A DNA stretch of 41,101 bases, taken from a virus (Duplodnaviria > Caudoviricetes). This document shows, one piece after another, positions 35,418 through 41,101 of this stretch. The DNA lies in IMG/VR virus record IMGVR_UViG_3300048858_000041, positions 1-41,101 of that record; one strand, 5' to 3'. Made by a program: the position numbers and the translations under genes. Positions within the stretch are counted from its first letter, which is position 1. Every line of letters begins with the position of its first letter. The notes beneath the pieces are model-generated. The model was not told the origin of the DNA, made no database searches, and saw nothing but the letters and a program-made list of their open reading frames with translations.

Positions 35418-37256
35418 TCATGCCTCGGTCTCCTTCGGCGGCGGATCCACGAGATCCAGTTCCAGCGCCGCGAAGGGGATCAGAACAGCACGCGCTTTGC
35501 CGCCGTGCTTGAACCTCACCGAAGACGTAGACTCTGACGCACCGGGCAGATCTCGTAAAGGGGCCTCCCACACGCGGTCTTGCCATCGGGTGCCGCGGAA
35601 GACGGCCTCCAGCCGTGGCGAACCATTTCCGATCCAGACGCCGCATTCGTCCAGGCGGGCGCCGTCACTGATGCGGATCTTGAGCGCACCCAGAGACTTG
35701 GCCCATTTGTCCCGCATCTCGTCGCTGGTGCGGTCCAGCCAGGCTTGCGTGAGAGCGCCGGCGACCGTCCACTCGTCGCCCTTGATGCCGATCGGCACCC
35801 TAGAGGAGAGGAGGTGCTGCAGCACCAGCTGCGGCGTGTCTTCCTCCGCCGTCTGTTCCTCGGTGGAATAGAAGTCCGAGAAGCCGTCCAGTAATGCCGA
35901 AGCCTGCTGCTCATCCAGCGCCTCATCCTGTGTCAGCACCTGCCAGCCGGCGAGCAGCGCGGCGAGCTGGTCAGCGGAGCGGCCCGTGGCGCTGGCGGCG
36001 ACCGCTGCGGCGCGAATCACAGCGCGGTTCTGCAGGTAGAGGCCGAAGCGCGCCTGCAGACGACGCAGCAGGCGCGGATACATCTCTCCGGCATGCGTGA
36101 TCGCCTGGTCCACCCGCTTCTCGTTGACCGCATCAGGGCGCACCAGCTGCACCAGCGTGATGCGGCTGGCATCGGCCGGGATCAGCACCACCGGTGTGAT
36201 GGCGGCGAGGAGGAAGCATCCATTCACGCGGAAGGTGCGCGCCTCGCCTTCGGCGCCGCCGCGCGATGTCACGGCGCCATTCTTGCCGCTAGCCCCACGC
36301 ATCAGATCCAGAATCCGCCCGATATGGCCGCCGTTTGCCTCCGCCTCATCCACCGGGATCAGCACGGCCCGGTTGTCATAGCCCTGCCGGAGCGCGGCCT
36401 CGCTGGTGTCAGTCGTGGGGAGGCCGCCGCCGCAGGCCGCGCTGACGTAGCGCATCAGGGCGGACTTGCCGGAGCCGAAGGGACCGCGCAGCAGCATGTG
36501 AGGCCGCCAGGGCAGCGCCGCCGCGAGGATGCCGCATGCAATCATGCCGAGCAGCAACGCCGGCGCGACCTCACGCTGGGACGGCCGAAAGCCCCAGAGA
36601 CGCAGATCCTCAATCATCGCCATAGCTTCCTGGGCCGTTGATTCCTCATCGGCAGGGCGCGGGCGGGCAGCGGCCGCCAGGTAGACCGCCGGGCCGTGCT
36701 GCCAGCCCGGCGCATGGCCTTCATCACCGAACAGAATGCGATCGCCGCAGTGGAGCGCGAGGCCCTCACCGTCCGGCCCGGTCCAGACGCCATCAAGGCG
36801 CATCTCGCGCCGATCCACTGGCCCGGCAGCCGTGCAGGCCGCCATCAGCGCGTCGCCGGCATGCCTGGCCGAGAAGTCACCGCTCTTGCGCATCCTCGGC
36901 ACGCCGCGCAGGTCGCGGATGATCTTGCCGGCGGAATCCCGCTCCGGCGTCATGTGCGGCCACTTATTGGCCAACCACGGCACGCCAGTTACGCCCCCGT
37001 AGAGCGAGGAGATGCAGGCAGCAGCGTGCATGTCGCGTGCTGACAGCACCTGCTGCAGACCAGCGGCATCCAGGAAGGTGTAACCGGTCATGCCGCGCTT
37101 GGTGGACACCCCCAGCGGCACAACCGTGCCGAAACCTTCCGGCGGCGGATCCTCGTCCTGGGGCTCCGGGGCATCCACGTCCGTTGGTGCCTGCTTCTTG
37201 CGCTTTTGGGCGCGCACCGCGTCATGCAGCGGCACCACCTTAGCTTCGGCCATCAA
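35418..37256 (-). CDS. P-loop NTPase replication protein (helicase / origin-binding, primase-associated)
   Basis: Walker A GPFGSGKS, Walker B IPVDEAE, ADASRI; PLG...Y.FLD N-terminal pattern. Confidence 0.8.
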   Translation of the reverse strand: MMAEAKVVPLHDAVRAQKRKKQAPTDVDAPEPQDEDPPPEGFGTVVPLGVSTKRGMTGYTFLDAAGLQQVLSARDMHAAACISSLYGGVTGVPWLANKWPHMTPERDSAGKIIRDLRGVPRMRKSGDFSARHAGDALMAACTAAGPVDRREMRLDGVWTGPDGEGLALHCGDRILFGDEGHAPGWQHGPAVYLAAAARPRPADEESTAQEAMAMIEDLRLWGFRPSQREVAPALLLGMIACGILAAALPWRPHMLLRGPFGSGKSALMRYVSAACGGGLPTTDTSEAALRQGYDNRAVLIPVDEAEANGGHIGRILDLMRGASGKNGAVTSRGGAEGEARTFRVNGCFLLAAITPVVLIPADASRITLVQLVRPDAVNEKRVDQAITHAGEMYPRLLRRLQARFGLYLQNRAVIRAAAVAASATGRSADQLAALLAGWQVLTQDEALDEQQASALLDGFSDFYSTEEQTAEEDTPQLVLQHLLSSRVPIGIKGDEWTVAGALTQAWLDRTSDEMRDKWAKSLGALKIRISDGARLDECGVWIGNGSPRLEAVFRGTRWQDRVWEAPLRDLPGASESTSSVRFKHGGKARAVLIPFAALELDLVDPPPKETEA

Positions 37257-37930
37257 GCGGCCTCCTCGCCAGCTTCAACGGAGATTTTGGGAATGGCTGG
37301 CGCCGGCCGAAGCATCAGCTTCTCCAGCGCCAGCCCATGCTGGACACCCTCGGTGCGGACGCCGCCCGTAAATGAGCGGAGCAGGGTGGCCTGCTCATCA
37401 GCCGTGCCGAGCGGCAGGCAGGCACCGTCCAGACAGCGCGAGATCCAGCGATGAATATCGCGGACCACCAACACATCAGTCTCGGCGCGATCGCTCCAGT
37501 CCAGGTCGTCAATCGCGCCGCCAATGGCCCGCGCCATGCCCGTCAGCCGGAGCGGGGCGCGGCGCATGGCCCAGTCGGGCCAACACACCAAGTCAATGAT
37601 GTCGGGGCCGTGCAGCGCACGCATGCCCAGCAGAGTCAGGCGGCTGGCTTCCGTTGGGCACCGGCTCACCGGGTCGCGCTCCAGCCATGCCGGGTCCGCC
37701 TCGCCCTCGAATGGATCACCGCACCGGATGGCCATCACGATGCGCCAATCCTTTGACCGGGCCGTGCGCCAGTCGCGAGGTTGCCAATAGCCCTCTCCGG
37801 CTTTCGCGACAGGCAGCATCCCGAAGACATTGCGAAACAGCCACTGACCAACGCCGAAGCGCTCGCGCAGAAACTCAGGCGGCATAAGCCGCTGAGCACG
37901 CCAAAACAGGGCCGCCGGGTCATCGATCAT
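37253..37930 (-). CDS. replication-associated protein (possible degenerate primase partner)
   Basis: Coupled to the helicase gene; DIIDLVCWP...RLTG.A..IG...V.RD...W. Confidence 0.55.
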   Translation of the reverse strand: MIDDPAALFWRAQRLMPPEFLRERFGVGQWLFRNVFGMLPVAKAGEGYWQPRDWRTARSKDWRIVMAIRCGDPFEGEADPAWLERDPVSRCPTEASRLTLLGMRALHGPDIIDLVCWPDWAMRRAPLRLTGMARAIGGAIDDLDWSDRAETDVLVVRDIHRWISRCLDGACLPLGTADEQATLLRSFTGGVRTEGVQHGLALEKLMLRPAPAIPKISVEAGEEAA

Positions 37931-38132
37931 AGGCCGGCGGCGCACGACGAAAGTCTGCGTCGCTGCGGCGACGCTGGACGGCGCAGATCAGAACCTCATC
38001 CAGCTCAGGGATGGCAATCCTGATCCGCAGGAAGCCCAGGCGAAGCTCCGGCATCACGTAGCCGGGCGGCCGGAAACCGAAGCCGAAGCCTTTGCCGAAG
38101 GCGATCAGGAATTCGATGCCGATTTTTTGCAC
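37920..38132 (-). CDS. hypothetical protein
   Basis: Fills the gap between the CII-like and replication genes, overlapping both. Confidence 0.4.
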   Translation of the reverse strand: MQKIGIEFLIAFGKGFGFGFRPPGYVMPELRLGFLRIRIAIPELDEVLICAVQRRRSDADFRRAPPAYDR

Positions 38133-38386
38133 ATAGCCTCCCGGCGCGTGCGGACCAGATCAAGGATGGCATCCTCAACCTCTGGATCCGCAGCCATCAT
38201 GTCGATTGCGATGTGAAGCTGCGGCGCGTTGGTGCCAGACAGCCAATTCGCAGCGGCGCGAGGATCCGCACCGATGCGCAGGGCCAAGCGCTTCGCGCTG
38301 GCCTTGAAGTCGCCGTAGAGGGTCTGGAGCACCTTGCTGAGGCGCTCCGCCACGACTTCATTAGAGGTTTGCATTGTTCCCTGCAT
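38105..38386 (-). CDS. CII-like HTH protein
   Basis: AKRLALRIGADPRAAANWLSG.NAP HTH; downstream of cro. Confidence 0.65.
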   Translation of the reverse strand: MQGTMQTSNEVVAERLSKVLQTLYGDFKASAKRLALRIGADPRAAANWLSGTNAPQLHIAIDMMAADPEVEDAILDLVRTRREAMCKKSASNS

Positions 38387-38502
38387 TTCCCGGTCACTGC
38401 CGCCCGAGCAATGCATGCGCGGCAGTGGCATTGTTCCAATCAGAGAGAGCGGAACGGCTGCCCGAAAGGCACGAATGGGGAGCAATAGGGCAGTGCTGGG
38501 GG

Positions 38503-38532
38503 CGGGCGGCAGCGTGGGGACGCTGCCGCCCG
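38503..38532. other. 13-bp perfect hairpin between cro and the CII-like gene (tR1-like or processing site)
   Basis: cgggcggcagcgt-gggg-acgctgccgcccg. Confidence 0.5.
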
Positions 38533-38705
38533 TTCGCCATGAGGGGGTAGAAAGGGGGAAAGCTCATGACGAAGCACTCGGCGCAGTCACGGGATGCTGC
38601 GATTGCGCCGCCGGATCAGGACGAAGCGGCAGCCGCCACTCCTGTTCGGGCGGCACAAGCTGCCAGCGGTCAGGGCGCTGCGAGGGGCATTCGGCCGCGC
38701 ACATA

Positions 38706-38933
38706 TCAAGCGGCCTCTTCCGTCGGCGCGCCGGCGTCGGGGTTTGACCAGAGATCCGGCCGTAGACGATGGCGCGGCACCCCGGTTTCCCGCTCCACAT
38801 CGATCGCCCGCTCCGCCGTGATGCGGAGGCGGCCGTCCCTCCACTTGAGGACTGTCTGATGGGTAACGCCAAGCCGCTTGGCGAGCGGCCGCATGCCCTT
38901 AGCCCGTTCGATCGCGTCTTCGATGGCACTCAT
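38706..38933 (-). CDS. Cro-like repressor (YdaS family)
   Basis: LAKRLGVTHQTVLKW...AERAI.VE..TGV....LRPDLW; divergent from cI. Confidence 0.9.
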   Translation of the reverse strand: MSAIEDAIERAKGMRPLAKRLGVTHQTVLKWRDGRLRITAERAIDVERETGVPRHRLRPDLWSNPDAGAPTEEAA

Positions 38934-38942
38934 GACTCGAAA

Positions 38943-38983
38943 GGTACCCTAGAGGTACTTATGCGTGCAACTGAAAAGGTACC
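38943..38983. promoter_or_regulatory. OR-like operators overlapping a PR-like promoter
   Basis: ggtaccctagaggtact (38943-38959) and gcaactgaaaaggtacc (38967-38983); minus-strand TTGCAC-N18-TACCTT. Confidence 0.7.
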
Positions 38984-39005
38984 CTGTGGTCACCCACGGT
39001 TAGCC

Positions 39006-39380
39006 ATGGACCGTCAGAATGCGTCTATGGATCTCGCAGAACGCTTGCGAACGGAACGAGAACGGCGCAACCTTGGTCAACACGAGGTTGCGGCCGCTAT
39101 CGGCGTGTCCCGCCCCACGGTCACTCAGTGGGAAACGGGCGCAAAGAAACCAGGCCGCGCAAATTTGGAGGCGCTGGCGGTGTACTACCGGCTACGGATT
39201 GATGATCTTCTCGGTCACGCAACCCCAGAAGGTCACATCGAGATCGAATCGGAGGAGGAGGCGCGGGCCCTGCTGATGATGCGCCACGCTCCACCGCATA
39301 TCCGCGATGCCGTAATGACAATCCTTGGTACTTGGTCAGGTTCGCAGGCGGGGCCTTCCCCGGGCGTCACAAAAAAATAA
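39006..39380 (+). CDS. CI-like XRE repressor without S24 peptidase domain
   Basis: LRTERERRNLGQHEVAAAIGVSRPTVTQWETG..KP...NL..LA; short helical C-terminus. Confidence 0.9.
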   Translation: MDRQNASMDLAERLRTERERRNLGQHEVAAAIGVSRPTVTQWETGAKKPGRANLEALAVYYRLRIDDLLGHATPEGHIEIESEEEARALLMMRHAPPHIRDAVMTILGTWSGSQAGPSPGVTKK

Positions 39381-39388
39381 GCTCAGCG

Positions 39389-39471
39389 GGTACCTAAAGG
39401 GTACCTAATTTCCTTGCTTCGCGATGTACCTAGAGGGTACCTATCTCCGCATCCCCAACTGCGGAGGTACC
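39389..39471. promoter_or_regulatory. OL-like operators
   Basis: ggtacctaaagggtacc (39389-39405), tgtacctagagggtacc (39425-39441), ccaactgcggaggtacc (39455-39471). Confidence 0.75.
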
Positions 39472-39472
39472 C

Positions 39473-39880
39473 GTGCCCTCTCTCTCTTCCTCGGCGCCTC
39501 GCAACACGAGCCGGCCGATTTCCCTGGACCCTCGGGGCGTTCCGGACAGCCAGGCAAGTGCCCCCCTCGGCCTGCTGCGTGGCGCACTGGTCGGTATGGT
39601 CGCACAAGACGCGCCCGACCTCTCGGCGCGGCAGCTCGCGGTTCTGCTGACGGTTCATCTCGATCCCGCCCCGCACACGGTCCGGGGCCTCGCCGCCAAG
39701 CTGCGCATCTCCAAGCCCGCGGTCACCCGCGCTCTGGACCGCCTGGAGCACCTCACCCTCGCCCAACGGACCATTGACGCGATGGATCGCCGCAGTGTGC
39801 TGATCTCACTGCGGAGCGGCGCCAGCACGTTTCTGGAGAATCTTCGCTCCGGCGCCCTCGCCGCAGGCGACGCACAGTGA
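39473..39880 (+). CDS. MarR-family winged-HTH regulator (host-type)
   Basis: PDLSARQLAVLLTV......TVRGLAAKLRISKPAVTRALDRL...L..R..D..DRRSV. Confidence 0.88.
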   Translation: MPSLSSSAPRNTSRPISLDPRGVPDSQASAPLGLLRGALVGMVAQDAPDLSARQLAVLLTVHLDPAPHTVRGLAAKLRISKPAVTRALDRLEHLTLAQRTIDAMDRRSVLISLRSGASTFLENLRSGALAAGDAQ

Positions 39881-39999
39881 CCCAGCACAGCCTTGCAGAC
39901 CGCGTGGAGCGGCACCCGGCGCTGGGACCAATCGTTAAGATGGTCGCCGCCGCCAGCTGGATTGCGATCGGCTGGACGGCGCTCGTGGTGCTGCCATGA
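39877..39999 (+). CDS. small membrane peptide
   Basis: GTGA and ATGA coupling at its ends; hydrophobic C-terminal half. Confidence 0.4.
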   Translation: MTQHSLADRVERHPALGPIVKMVAAASWIAIGWTALVVLP

Positions 40000-40241
40000 A
40001 CACGCTGGACGGCGGCCCGGCGTTTCCTCAGCCCTACCTGGATGGAGCTACCAGCAGCGGCATGTCGCTGCGCGACCTGTTTGCCGCATTCGCTCTCGCG
40101 GCCCTGGTTGCGAAGGCGCCCTTCGCTGACGCTCCAGCGGAGGCGAGCGATCCCGACTTTCCAGCGCTGGCGCGCGGCGCCTACCTCTACGCCGACGCCA
40201 TGCTGGCGGTGCGCGACGAGGGGCTTTCCCGTGCCCCCTGA
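39996..40241 (+). CDS. conserved small phage protein
   Basis: DGGPAFP...GMSLRDLFAA...AYLYADAML pattern, widespread in phages. Confidence 0.8.
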   Translation: MNTLDGGPAFPQPYLDGATSSGMSLRDLFAAFALAALVAKAPFADAPAEASDPDFPALARGAYLYADAMLAVRDEGLSRAP

Positions 40242-40406
40242 CGCCGGGGACTCCCAGGATCGAGGAACCGGCCTAGAGCCGACGCCCTCGATCGGAGGCC
40301 CCCTTCTCGATCTCGCTGTCGTCCTCCTCATCGTCGTCGGCGTGCCGGCGCTGCTGTGGTGGTGCGGCTTTCTCCCCTGACTCCTCTCCCCCTGGAGGAT
40401 TTCACC

Positions 40407-41101
40407 ATGCAGCCCGAAGACAGGGTCACCGCCGAGCGGCTTTGGTCCAGCTATGGCGCCCTTGCGCATGTCATCCGCGCCAGCATCAACATTCCCGACG
40501 CTGTGCTTCTGACCACCGGCGATCTGCTGCTGATGGTTGAGGAACGCGCCTGGTGGAAAGAGCAGGCAGAGGAGGGCATGAAGATGCCCGCGCCCGCAGC
40601 GATGCCGAGCGACAGCGCCCAGCCGGCGCCTGCCGCTACCGTCGCGGCGGACGCAAGCGACGCGGCCACGCAGCGGCCGCCAGACCGCCCGGCAGCGCCG
40701 GCGATGCCCAAGGCGACCACCGCCTTCCCGCCGCCAGGCTTCCGCCCACCGGTTGCTGTTGCCGCTTCCACTACCGGCCAAACCCCCGAGCGGCTGGACC
40801 TGCTTCGCCAGCTCTGGACCGACGACACACTTTCCATCGCTGACATCCACCGGCGCATCATCGCCCTGCCTGGTCCAGTAATCCGAGCGCCGACGAAGCT
40901 GTACGGATGGGCGCAGGATCTACATCTGGTCATCCCTCGCCCGTACAATCCGCCGGGCGCTCGAAAGCGAGCCACGGCGGCGCCCGGCAAACCCGCTACG
41001 AAGGCTGCGCAACACGCGCCGACAGAGGCGTTCGCGCCCCCGGTGCAGATCCCGCGCATGCCGCAGCCGAAGGTCGACGCACCGCCGCCACCTCCGACAT
41101 C
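40407..41101 (+). CDS. 306-aa junction-spanning protein with a GcrA-like HTH segment (continues at 128-353)
   Basis: GGAGG RBS; open frame to the window end; TPERLDLLRQLWTDDTLSIADIHRRI...LYGWAQDLHL resembles the GcrA N-terminal WTDERVELLKKLW..GLSASQIA. Confidence 0.7.
   Translation, partial: MQPEDRVTAERLWSSYGALAHVIRASINIPDAVLLTTGDLLLMVEERAWWKEQAEEGMKMPAPAAMPSDSAQPAPAATVAADASDAATQRPPDRPAAPAMPKATTAFPPPGFRPPVAVAASTTGQTPERLDLLRQLWTDDTLSIADIHRRIIALPGPVIRAPTKLYGWAQDLHLVIPRPYNPPGARKRATAAPGKPATKAAQHAPTEAFAPPVQIPRMPQPKVDAPPPPPT
40975..41101. repeat. 127-bp terminal direct repeat (copy 2)
   Basis: Identical to 1-127. Confidence 0.97.

Larger units (their letters stand above)
1..41101. mobile_element. 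complete circular lambda-like phage-plasmid
   Basis: Complete virion, lysis and immunity modules plus Rep/ParA/ParG/resolvase; no recognisable integrase; circular. Confidence 0.85.

Noticed and set aside
39049-39063. GAAC-N7-GAAC, matching the alphaproteobacterial LexA box
   Set aside because: It lies inside the cI coding sequence (RTERER codons) rather than at a promoter, so it is probably coincidental
40975-41101. 127-bp terminal repeat as a biological terminal repeat
   Set aside because: The length equals a common assembler k-mer and the repeat falls mid-gene, so it is best read as a circularisation overlap
1-41101. tRNA or rRNA genes
   Set aside because: No cloverleaf or rRNA-like segment was recognised by eye in the intergenic regions; a covariance-model scan would be needed to exclude them fully

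Overview
The window is an apparently complete, circular temperate phage genome of 40,974 bp. Bases 1-127 repeat exactly at 40975-41101, and one ORF reads through that junction. It is high-GC, and the host is inferred to be an alphaproteobacterium, probably Acetobacteraceae/Roseomonas-like. The minus strand carries a full lambda-like siphovirus late operon: TerS, GpA-type TerL, gpW, lambda portal, protease-capsid fusion, tail genes with a -1 frameshifted chaperone, tape measure, J-like tip, an SGNH esterase appendage and a lysis cassette with overlapping spanins. There is a cI/cro switch with visible 17-bp operators, a P-loop replication protein followed by a strikingly symmetric 12-repeat origin, and a Q-like gene with a pR'/tR'-type arrangement. 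I found no integrase. Instead there is a plasmid module (HTH Rep with a probable antisense RNA, ParA plus a ParG-like protein, three centromere-like arrays, a serine resolvase), so the element looks like a phage-plasmid. The most unusual signals are: (i) a two-gene low-GC cassette whose products share an ungapped beta-solenoid-like motif, one soluble and one membrane-anchored, a candidate templated-assembly defence pair; (ii) an array of ~200-235 bp mini-genes behind the serine recombinase whose junctions share a conserved sequence; (iii) a large enzyme-like gene inserted into the lysis cassette between repeated boundary elements; (iv) a GH19 endolysin remnant; and (v) phage-borne GcrA-like and MarR host-type regulators. 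All family assignments come from motif recognition by eye, not database searches.
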